Positions 26,439 to 38,081 of a DNA stretch of 64,000 nt are shown one piece after another (the first letter of the stretch is position 1; every line of letters starts with the position of its first letter). The notes beneath the pieces were generated by a model. It had not been told where the DNA came from. It saw only the letters and a program-made list of their open reading frames with translations, and made no database searches. This stretch comes from Eledone cirrhosa (lineage: Eukaryota): the NCBI GenBank assembly GCA_964016885.1, contig OZ024742.1:239878001-239942000 (forward strand), written 5' to 3'. The translations under genes and the position numbers were made by a program.

Positions 26439-29400
26439 TTAAGGTTTAAATACGGTGTTTTTGTCGTATTGAACAGAACAAATCTTGCAGTTTTGCTTTT
26501 TGTTACTCGCTGTTAAACATTCATAACCTTCCAGCTAGCTACCCCACATCCCTCCCACCCGCCCCCACACACCACCATTCTTAATACGTGGACCAATCAT
26601 AAGCCAGAGACCCCCCCCCACACGCATCACCATTATTATTATAAGCCAGAGACCCCCCCCCCACACGCATCACCATTATTATTATTACGCGGACCAATCA
26701 TAAGCCAGAGGCCTATACTATCGCTTGCACAGTTGCCTTCGATATATGATGGATGGATGGATGGATGGACGGACTGCGGAATCCTGGAGAGTGGAAGGGT
26801 GAGAAAAATCTGGACGCTCAGAGCGAAAATGCCAATGCTAAAGTCAAATTCACCTCGTGGACGAGAATGCGAGCACTCTTCTTTGTTTCGCCCGCGGATG
26901 GCTAACATAACCCCATCTCCCCCCCCCCCCCCCCCCCCCACCACCCCCACCCTCCAAACGCGATCCAAAACTTCAGAGTTGGTACCATAAATGTAGGCAC
27001 CCTAAAGGGTCGCGCTAACGAGGTTGTAGAAATGCTTGAACGTAAGGAGGTCGATGTTTGTTGTATTCAAGAGACCAGGTGGAGGGGTGGGTCTGCTAGA
27101 TTCATTGAGGGTAAAAAACGATGTTATAAGCTTTTCTGGGTGGGAAACGACGATGGGCTGGGTGGAGTAGGAATCATGGTAGCAGAAAAGTGGGCAGATA
27201 AGATAATAGACGTAAATAGAGTGAACGACAGAATAATTAAAATACAACTTGTCCTCAATAGAACTACGGTGACAGTAATATCTGCGTACGCCCCCAATCC
27301 GGACTGCCCGGCACTATAAAAGACAGATTCTATGAGACACTGATGCTCACTACCTCCCAAATATCTGACAGTGACTATATAATTATTGCAGGCGACCTAA
27401 ATGGTCACGTTGGGCAACATTGTGACGGCTACGACGAAATCCATGGAGGCTATGGGTTTGGTACTAGAAATGAGGAAGGCTCCAGAATCCTGGAATTCTG
27501 TGATGCAAATAACCTAACTATCTGTAACACTAACTTCAAAAAACATGACAATCACCTGATCACCTATAGATCCGGGGAACACACAAGCCAGGTAGATTAT
27601 ATCCTTACCAGAAGACGTGACAGAGTGTCTGTTGTTAACACTAAATCCCTCCCCCATGAAGAATGCACCTCCCAACATAGACTGATAATTAGCGACCTCA
27701 TAGTCAGGACGAGACGTACTCGACAACAGAAGAGGACTATCCTCAGGAGGAAAATATGGAAGCTAAAGGACCCCACAGCCAGGAATAAATTTCAAAGCAT
27801 ATTACTTGATGCTTTCGACAGTAAGGAAGAACATTTAGAGTCGGACAATATAGAGGGAGAGTGGGAATTTCTGAAAGCAAACCTGCTGTTGGCGACAGAC
27901 GAGGTCTGTGGCTGGAGCAGGCCTGTAGGCAGGAGGAGAGTAACATGGTGGTGGAACAGTAAGGTGGAGGGGTCAATTAAGGCCAAAAAGCAGGCTTGGA
28001 AAGTATGGCGGGATGGGGGAAGTAGAGAGGACTATCAAGTGGCCAGGAGGGAAGCTAGGAGACAAGTGTACTTAGCAAGAAGGGAAGCTGAGGAAAGAAA
28101 GTTCAAGCATGTTCTACAACGCGATGACCAAAAACGTGAGGTGTTCAGGATTGCTAGGCAATGCGTCAAGGAAAACCGTGATATTGTCGGGGAGAAGTGT
28201 GTACTAAACGACGATGGCACACTTGCCATCACCGACTCTGATAAGAAGGTAGCTTGGAAGTGTCACTATGAAAGGCTACTAAATGAGGAGAATAATTGGG
28301 AGAAAGGCAGTCTCCCCCATATCGACCCAATAGAGGGACCAGCAGTGTTAGTCGAGGGGAGTATAATAAGTAAGGCAATCAAGGATATGAAGACGGGTAA
28401 GGCGGCTGGGCCTTCGGAAATAGTTGCTGAGATGCTGAAGGCATCTGGCACGGTAGGACACACCATGGTCACCCGCATAGTTAACCAAGTCGTACAGAAT
28501 GGGGTTGTTCCGAAGGACTGGCATAGCAGCATCATCGTTAACTGTTATAAGGGTAAAGGAGACGCCCTAGATAGGAGTAACTATAGAGGCATTAAATTAA
28601 TCGACCAGGTCATGAAGGTCACGGAAAAAGTAATAGCGCAACTAATCAGAGAGAGAATTGACCTGGATGAAATGCAGTTCGGGTTTGTGTCAGGCAAAAG
28701 TACCACAGACGCTCTTTTCATAGTACGACAACTACAGGAGAAGTACCTAGCTAAAGGTAAACCCCTCTACTTAGCTTTTGTCGACTTGGAGAAAGCCTTC
28801 GACAGAGTCCCCCGCTCCATTATCTGGTGGGCTCTTAGAAAACTAGGCGTTGACGAATGGCTTGTGAGGGCTATACAAGCCATGTATAAAGAAACAGTCA
28901 GCAAGGTTAGAATTAACAACGAATATAGTGAAGAGTTTAGCGTAAAAGTTGGCGTCCATCAGGGCTCTGTTCTCAGCCCACTACTATTTATTATTGCCCT
29001 TCAGGCTATAACAGAGGAGTTCAAGACACGCTGCCCATGGGAACTCCTATACGCAGACGACCTGACACTCATAGCGGAATCAATGGCCGAGCTAGAGAAG
29101 AAATTCCAAACATGGAAGCACGGCCTAGAGTCAAAAGGACTTAAAATTAACCTGGCTAAGACCAAAGTACTAGTTTGTAGGAAAGAAAACAAGGTGGCGG
29201 TCCCTTCTGGGAAATGGTCGTGCTCGGCTGTGTAGGAAAGGCGTAGGTAGAAACTCCATTTTATGTCCTAAATGCAAAGTATGGGTGCATAAAAGATGTA
29301 GTGGGATCACAGGTAAGCTAACTAAGAACATAGATTTTGCATGTGGCCGGTGCTCTGGTGCAATAAGTAGCAGCAAGTGCCCACAAACTACTAGCTCTTT

Positions 29401-30409
29401 CAATTGCGCAGAGGGTTCTATAGAAATAGTGGACAGCTTCCGTTACCTGGGCGATAAAATCAGCAGTGGGGGAGGGTGCTCTGAAAGTACTGTAGCTAGA
29501 GTCAGAACTGGTTGGAAAAAGTTCAGAGAGCTTATACCACTATTAGCTGCTAAAGGGTTCTCACTAAAAATGAAAGGCAGGTTGTACGATGCCTGCATAC
29601 GAACAGCAATGCTGCATGGCAGTGAGACCTGGGCATTGTGTGCAGAGGATATACGCAGACTAGAGAGGAACGAAGCTTGCATGCTCCGCTGGATGTGTAA
29701 CAGTAATATACGTGAACGGCAAAGCATAAACGAACTAAGGAAAAAATTAGAGATAAGAGGGATCAGATGTTGTTTACTCGAGAGAAGGCTACGTTGGTAT
29801 GGACACGTGATGCGCATGAAAGTCGATAGCTGTATAACAAAGTGCAGGGCAATAAAGATAGACGGTAGTCACGGAATAGGCAGACCTAGAAAAACCTGGG
29901 ACGAGCTGATAAACTCCGACATCACACACTTACACCTCTCCAAGACAATGTCACTGGACCGAGACCTTTGGCGGTACTCAGTAACAGAGAAGACCCGCCT
30001 TACCTAAATATATAGTAAAACCTACTCCAGCCAGTAGGCATCTCTAACAAAATACACCCCGTCCCACCACCACCACCCCCACCCGATCCACACCACCCCG
30101 TTCTATGTAAAGTTATGTTGGTGCCGCGCCATCGAGGCCGAAACAAATGAGATCGTGTAGGTGTCACGACAAAAAAACACACAGTCCACGCTGTAATGTG
30201 GCCGTGTAGGCAACACGGTAAAAACCTCCCAGACCCACACTGTAAATGTGGTTGGTGTTAGGAAGGGCATCCAACTGTAGAAAACCTGCCAGACAGTCCT
30301 ATGCGAGCAAGACAATCACTCTTGCCTCAAGTGGGACTACCCCCGTCCAAACCCATGCAAGCGTGGAACACGGACGTTAAACGTTGATGATGATGATGAT
30401 GATGATGAT
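26439..30409 (+). mobile_element. Near full-length RTE-like LINE, copy A (APE endonuclease, RT, internal PHD finger); 5' end may extend to ~26253 or 25803
   Basis: Endonuclease motifs GTINVGTL, CCIQETRW, GDLNGH, VDYIL, SQH. RT motifs NYRGI, QFGF, FVDLEKAFD, GVHQGSVLSP, LYADD, FRYLG. 3'UTR with (GAT)n tail. The 5' region is homologous to 61870-62254 (-). Confidence 0.95.
26966..30007 (+). pseudogene. Endonuclease/RT polyprotein of copy A, frameshifted
   Basis: Split into ORFs 27032-27319, 27343-29235 and 29285-30007 by 1-nt indels near 27295 and 29228 relative to copy C. The start is obscured by the poly-C run at 26919-26939. Confidence 0.9.
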
Positions 30410-30687
30410 ACATACATACGTATATATATATATATATACATACATATATATATATATACAGACATATATATATATATATAGACATACATATATATACATA
30501 TACAGACATACATATATATACATACATACATACATATATATATATACATACATATATATATATAGACATACATATATATATATACATACATACATACATA
30601 CATATATATACATATACATATATATACATACATATATATATATATATACATACATATATATATATATATACATACATATATATATAC

Positions 30688-30723
<36 letters not shown>

Positions 30724-30845
30724 ATACATACATATATATACATACATACATACATATACATGCATACATATATATACATGCATACATATATATACATACA
30801 TACATATACATACATACATACATACATATACATACATATATATAC

Positions 30846-30902
<57 letters not shown>

Positions 30903-31127
30903 CATATATATATATACATATATATATACATATATATATATATACATATATATATACATATATATATATATACATATATACATATATATACATATATATA
31001 TACATATATATATATATACATATATACATATATACATATATACATATATATATACATATACATATATACATATATATATACATATATATATATATACATA
31101 TATACATATATATATATACATATATAC

Positions 31128-31158
<31 letters not shown>

Positions 31159-31405
31159 CATATATATATACACATATATATATATATACATATATATATA
31201 CACATATATATATATATACATATATATACACACATATATATATATATACATATATATACACATATATATATATATGCACATATATATACACATATATATA
31301 TATATGCACATATATATATATATACATATATATATACACATATATATATATATACACATATATATATATATACATATATATATACACATATATATATATA
31401 TACAC

Positions 31406-31436
<31 letters not shown>

Positions 31437-31465
31437 CACATATATATATATATACATATATATAT

Positions 31466-31530
<65 letters not shown>

Positions 31531-32211
31531 TATATATATACACATATATATATATACACATATATATATATATACATATATATATATACACACATATATA
31601 TATATATACATATATATATACACATATATATATATATACACATATATATATATATACATGTATATATACACATATATATATACACATATATATATATATA
31701 CATATATATATACACATATATATATATATACACATATATATACACATATATATATATACATATATATATACAAATATATATATACAAATATATATATACA
31801 CATATATATATATATATACACATATATATATATATATACACATATACATATATATATACAAATATATATATATACATATATATATACACATATATATATA
31901 TATACACATATATATATATATACATATACACATACATATATATATATATATATACACATATATATATATGTACACATATATATATATATACATATACATA
32001 TATATATACAAATATATATACATATATATATACACATATATATATATATATACATATACACATACATATATATATATATATATACACATATATATATATA
32101 TACATACATATATATATACATACATACATATATATATATACATACATATATATATATACATACATATATATATATACATACATATATATATATATACATA
32201 CATATATATAT

Positions 32212-32244
<33 letters not shown>

Positions 32245-32293
32245 CATACATATATATATACATACATATATATATATATATATACATACATAT
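30410..32293. repeat. ~1.9-kb compound (TA)n/(TACA)n microsatellite
   Basis: Visible directly; source of the spurious YI-repeat ORFs. Confidence 0.97.
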
Positions 32294-34732
32294 AACGTCC
32301 TAGACTTAATTTTCAGCAATCACACTGACAATATCCACAATATTGCAGTGGAGAAAACTCTACTCTCTGATCATGACATGGTTCTCTGTGATCTGAGATT
32401 CCACCGTCCAATATACAAACCCAATGTCATTTCTCCTGTCCATCCGTTTGACGCTATGGATTTCCACAATGCAAACTGGGAAGCGATCAGTCATGATCTT
32501 GCACATGTCGACTGGTCCTTCACGCACACTCATACACCCACTAACATCAAAAAGTCCTGGCAGACATTTGTGGACACTGTTACAAACATATGTGCTAAAC
32601 ACACCCCATTAAGAACTATAAACAAATCTAAGAGCAGAATCCCTAGAAATAGAAAAACGCTCATCAGAAAAATTAAGAGAACGAACAAAAAAATCAACAA
32701 TCTGAAATACTGTCAGCAGCAACACATCAACTTGACTGCCATTTCATCACTAGAGATTAAAAAACATAACCTCCAAAACAACATAATGTCCCTCATCAAC
32801 AATCAGAGAAGAGCTGAAGAGGCCTGGGCCATTGAGAAGATCAAACTCAATCCCAAAGTGTTCTTTTCATTTGCAAAAAAAAACACAAAATCACTGGCTC
32901 TACTGTTGGCCCTCTAATTGATGAAAATGGCACTCTTCAAGACAATGCTAAAACTATGGGTGAGATACTGCAGAAACAATACTGCTCTGTTTTCAGCAAT
33001 CCTGATATGGCCGATCTGGGCTGTATCGGCGATGTTACTCCCCATTACACCTTATCGGACATAACGTTTGGCGCCCCTGATGTCTTGGCGGCAATAAAGG
33101 AAATCAAGCATAATTCAGCAGTAGGTCCCGATAGGTTCCCTGCTTGTGTCTTGAAGGCGTGTCAACACCAACTTGCTTCTCCTCTTGCCAATCTGTGGCG
33201 GAACTCACTGGATGCTGGATATGTGCCAGAAAACCTTCTATCCCAGTCTGTTGTCCCAGTTTTCAAAAAGGGAAACAAATCCCTTGCCGTGAATTACCGT
33301 CCAATCTCACTCACCTCTCATATCATTAAGGTATTTGAGCGAGTGGTGAGATCGCGAATGACCCACTTCCTTGAGAGTAACAATATGCTGAACTCCAACC
33401 AGCATGGATTCCGTAATGGAAGGGATTGCCTGACGCAACTACTGCATCACTTTGATGACATTTTGAGAGCCTTGGGAGAGGGTTCCAACACTGATGTTAT
33501 CTACCTTGATTTCAGCAAGGCCTTTGACAGGGTTGATCATAACATTCTACTGAGAAAGCTGTCCAATATTGGTGTCACTGGAAAGCTGCTGCAGTGGATC
33601 AAGAGCTTCCTGTCAAACAGAACCCAACATGTTGTAGTTGAGGGAGTCAAATCAAGCCCAGCCAAAGTCAGTAGTGGAGTCCCACAAGGCACTGTGTTGG
33701 GCCCACTTCTCTTCATCATCTATATTAATGACATCACTGACATCATCAAACACAGCAACATTAAAATTTTCGCTGATGATTCCAAGCTCCAAAAGGTCAT
33801 CAATGGCGTGGATGACCGGATAAGCCTTCAGTCAGACCTACTGGCTGTTACCCAATGGGCAGAAAAGAACAACATGTTACTGAACGAAGACAAATTCGAA
33901 CTGATCCACTTTGGAAAAGAGGATGCTCTGAAACTCCCGTACTCCCTTCCCTCCGGGGAAACTCTCGTGGCATCTAACAACATCAGAGACTTGGGAGTAA
34001 CCGTGGACAGCAACATAAGCTGGACCACGCATATAAGCAGCAAAGTTGACATGGCCCGCAGAATGTGTTCCTGGATCCTCAGAACCTTCCAGTCGAGAGA
34101 TTCCCGCACCATTATCCTTCTCTTCTCTACTTTCGCCCGACCACACCTTGAATACTGTTGTCCACTGTGGTCTCCCCACACGAAACAAAGTATCATGAAA
34201 CTTGAAGCTCCTCAAAGGGCAATCACGAAAAAGATAGATGGCATGTCAGACCTTGACTACTGGGGTCGATTGGAAAACCTGAAACTTTACTCACTCCAAC
34301 GTCGCCGTGAGCGTTATATTATCTGCATGATGTGGAAAATGTTCCATCATCACTGCCCAAATGATGTTGGCATCGCCTTCAAGATACACCCAAGGCTTGG
34401 GCCCCGTGCTATCCGTCCCATTCAAAAATCTAAATCGCAACTCATAACAACAATACGGCACAATTATTTCACCTCAATCGGCCCTGCTCTCTTCAACATC
34501 ACACCAGGACACGTCAAAACAGAAACTGACCACACAAAATTCAAGAAGTCTTTGGACAAATTCCTCCAAGTAATCCCGGACAAACCACCCACACCCGGAT
34601 ATGTCTCCGCAAACAGTAATTCTGTTCTCGAATGGGCCATGGTGCCCAAATTCTGAATTGAAAGACTTCGCCAGGTGGTGCTATTAAGTTAGACATGGCC
34701 TGGGCCAATACTGGCCAAAACATTTCAAAGTT
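32294..34732 (+). mobile_element. 5'-truncated CR1-group LINE ORF2 (end of endonuclease plus complete RT)
   Basis: LDLIFSN..SDH, then NYRPISLTS, QHGFR, YLDFSKAFD, SGVPQGTVLGP, FADD, RDLGV, YSLQRRRERY. One frameshift in the poly-A near 32875-32883; ORF 32956-34656 is open. Short 3'UTR. (TA)n on both sides. Confidence 0.92.
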
Positions 34733-34738
34733 ATATAT

Positions 34739-34773
<35 letters not shown>

Positions 34774-34798
34774 CATATGTATATATATACATATACAT

Positions 34799-34829
<31 letters not shown>

Positions 34830-34898
34830 CATATGTATATATATACATATACATACATACATATATACATATACATACATACATATATAAATATATAC

Positions 34899-34935
<37 letters not shown>

Positions 34936-35195
34936 CGTATATATATATATATACATACGAATATATATATATATACATATGTATATATATATATACATAC
35001 GTATATATATATATACATATATATATATACATACGTACATATATATATACATATATATATACATACGTATATATATATATACATATATATATACATACGT
35101 ATATATATATATACATACGTATATATATATATACATATATATATACATACGTATATATATATATACATACATACATATATATATACATATATATA
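34733..35195. repeat. Compound (TA)n microsatellite
   Basis: Visible directly. Confidence 0.95.
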
Positions 35196-35898
35196 TACTG
35201 ATTAATGTTCAGAGCCATCCTCAGCATTCTCGTGTAGCACCCATCCACCATCTGAGTGAGTCTCTTGGTCAGTGTCCAAGTCTCAGACCCATACAGCAGC
35301 ACAGACTCCACTACAGCAATGAAGAGGCGGATTTTCAGGTCTCTACGAAGGTCCGACTTCCACACCGATCTCAAGCTGTGACACGCCGCCCAGGCCTTGC
35401 TCTTCCTCTCAACCACATCATCTTCCGTATTCCCAATCTTTGCTCCCAAATACAGGAAGTCCTCAACCAATTCCAGCGGCTTCCCGCCTACATTAGTGAT
35501 CCCCTCTGGCTTCTCAACATTCTCTACCAGATATTTTGTTTTAGTCTCATTCATTCTCAGCCCCACACTCATCGACACAGTCATACACTGAGGATGAAAA
35601 ACTCAGAGCTGTATGGGAGCATCCCAAAAGTCAGCTCAAAATTGACACAGAGAAGACTGAGGTTGGCTGGACATGCTCACCGACATCCAGAGTTGACATT
35701 GCACTCAGTGCTCCTTTGGGAGCCCCTACATGGACACACTAGAAGAGGAAGACCAAGGTTAACATATGTTGATGCCCTAAGGACAGACACTGGTCTGTTG
35801 GAGATGCAGGATATGGCAGCGATAATGAGGGACAGAGACCGCTGGAGAGAACTCGTCCATGGATCTCGGGAATTTTACCCGCCTTAGATAGATAGATA
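35194..35898 (+). mobile_element. 5'-truncated, 5'-inverted RTE-like LINE (second family), copy 2
   Basis: 35194-35582 is inverted ([16 protein letters not shown]...ALNINQY on minus); 35583-35887 is forward (TLRMKNSE...EFYPP*). (TAGA)n tail. Closely similar to copy 1 but with a different breakpoint. Confidence 0.92.
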
Positions 35899-35913
35899 TA
35901 TATACATACATAC

Positions 35914-35952
<39 letters not shown>

Positions 35953-36271
35953 TACATACATACGTACGTACGTATATAAATATATATATATACATATATA
36001 CATACATACATACGTATATATATATATACATATATACATACATACATTCGTATATATATATATATATACATATATACATACATACATACGTATATATATA
36101 TATATATATATACATATATACATACATACATACGTATATATATATATATATATACATATATACATACATACATACATACGTATATATATATATATATATA
36201 CATATATACATACATACATACATACATACGTATATATATATATATATATACATTTATACATACATACGTAT
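35899..36271. repeat. Compound (TA)n/(TACA)n microsatellite
   Basis: Visible directly. Confidence 0.95.
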
Positions 36272-36798
36272 ATCATCATCATCATCATCATCATCAGGTT
36301 TAGCGTCCGTGTTCCACGCTTGCATGGGTTTGGACGGGGGTTTTCCCACTTGAGGCAAGAGTGGTTGTCTTGCTCGCATAGGACTGTCTGGCGGGTTTTC
36401 TACAGTTGGATGCCCTTCCTAACACCAACCACATTTACAGTGTGGGGCTGGGAGGTTTTTACCGTGTTGCCTACACGGCCACATTACAGCGTGGACTGTC
36501 TGGCGGGTTTTCTACAGCTGGATGCCCTTCCTACACCAACCACATTTACAGTGTGGGGCTGGGAGGTTTTTACCGTGTTGCCTACACGGCCACATTTACA
36601 GCGTGGACTGTGTGTTTTTTGTCGTGACACCTACACGATCTCATTTGTTTCGGCCTGGATGTTGTGGGACCAACATAACTTTACATTGAAAGGGGTGGTG
36701 TGGGTGGGGTGGAGGTGGTGGGACGGGGGTGTGTTTTGATAGAGATGCCTACTGACTGTAGTAGGTTTTTACTTTGTATTTAGGTAAGGCGGGTCTTC
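36272..36798 (-). mobile_element. 3'UTR-only copy (D) of the PHD-RTE LINE, with a ~112-bp internal tandem duplication
   Basis: Reverse complement of ~29990-30409. The block ggactgtctggcggg...ccacattacagcgt occurs twice (from ~36381 and ~36493). (ATC)n tail at the left end. Confidence 0.9.
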
Positions 36799-36851
36799 TA
36801 TATATATATATACACATATATACATACATAGATATATATATATATACATAC

Positions 36852-36894
<43 letters not shown>

Positions 36895-36900
36895 CGTATA

Positions 36901-37435
36901 TGGTGGCTGCCAACTCGTTTTCAAGTACGGCCACTACTTTATATCCATGTAGGAGAACCCCTACCGATGCGCTGAACGAGTGTGACCTTTTTAGTCTTGA
37001 AAACTCTGGTACAAACACTACATTTGTGATAATTATTGACACATAGTGCTGGGCCCATGATACCATGTGACGACAAGTGCAGAGAGATCTCCAGAAATAA
37101 AGCAATGCCTGTGCTGTGAAGCTTTTATAGTGAGCAAAGGCACTGCACAAAGCCAGTCCCACTCTCTTAACCAAGATGATATTTACCAAAAAGAAGAACA
37201 AGTCAACATCATTGGATACCATCAGGGTTGCAGGTGTTATATCAGAGTTTTCCTTCTCCTAGAATTCTGCCTTGACAAAGGCTAAGGGGCCATCTCTCCC
37301 GGTGATTTTGGATGGCCATTGACTCTTAAGAGCTCCTTTGCCCTTTGACAGGTTTTGTTTTTAGTCCTGCAAGATGTCCAAAGTCACCCTCCTCACCAAG
37401 AAACCTTGATGGGGTTGCCAGTTTAGTTGCCAACG
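36901..37435 (-). mobile_element. Short non-autonomous RTE-derived element, 5'-truncated copy
   Basis: Closely similar to 40217-40761, with a small deletion in the zinc-finger remnant. Confidence 0.8.
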
Positions 37436-37797
37436 GTCCTCCTATGGTGCTGATATGCAGCGTCTGTGCGAGACTCTGCCTGAGCAAAGCTGGACTCGAA
37501 AGTCATCTTCGCAGTCATAAAGTAAGACCAGTGGTTGACTACCAGGCTGCTGTTGGAGATGCTACTCATCATGCTTGCTAAACATGTGGTAGAGAATGTA
37601 AATCAGCAGGAGGGCTCAAGCGACATGCAAAAGTACACGAACTCCAACCACAGCCAACTATTCCCAGTGAATGTTTTGGTTGCCGACTCTGTGCAAGACA
37701 TTTTAGATCATTGGCTGGGCTAAAAAGCCACATTCAGTCGCAGCGCTGTTAGTTGCTATCGTGTGTGTGTGTGTATATATGCTTATGTGTGTGCGTG

Positions 37798-37836
<39 letters not shown>

Positions 37837-38007
37837 TATTATTGTTGTTGTCGTTATCATTATTGTTATTATTATTATTATTGTTATTAATGTATGTGTG
37901 TGTATATGTGTGTATGTATGTATATATATTTTTTTTTTCCTTTTTTATTTATTAATTTTTTTAATTTTTCTCCTCGTGCAATGGCCATACTCGATAACGA
38001 GGGGGCA

Positions 38008-38015
<8 letters not shown>
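37436..38015 (+). mobile_element. 3' end of an RTE-like LINE encoding three tandem C2H2-type zinc fingers, with a microsatellite-filled 3'UTR
   Basis: One frame reads CSVCARLCLSKAGLESHLRSH...HAC*TCGRECKSAGGLKRHAKVH...[23 protein letters not shown] (internal TAA at 37579, end 37752). The terminus tggccatactcgataacgagggggcagccatcat matches the short element's 3' end. Confidence 0.7.
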
Positions 38016-38067
<52 letters not shown>

Positions 38068-38081
38068 TTATATATATATAT

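Noticed and set aside
26859-26909. Possible HDV-like ribozyme just before the PHD-RTE ORF (ggacgag/ttcg(t/c)cc stem, CTAA)
   Set aside because: P2 cannot form adjacent to P3, and both copies extend more than 350 nt upstream, so it does not define the element's 5' end.
27514-29817. Multiple 60-125 aa ORFs antisense to the LINE ORFs (mirrored at 59146-61575)
   Set aside because: Shadow ORFs of the RT coding strand, repeated only because the LINE copies are similar.
30327-32319. 500-660 aa ORFs rich in Y/I/M/C/V/H/T on both strands (also 25.3-25.8, 34.7-35.2, 35.7-36.3, 37.8-38.1 and 39.9-41.6 kb)
   Set aside because: Translations of (TA)n/(CA)n microsatellites, which lack stop codons; not genes.
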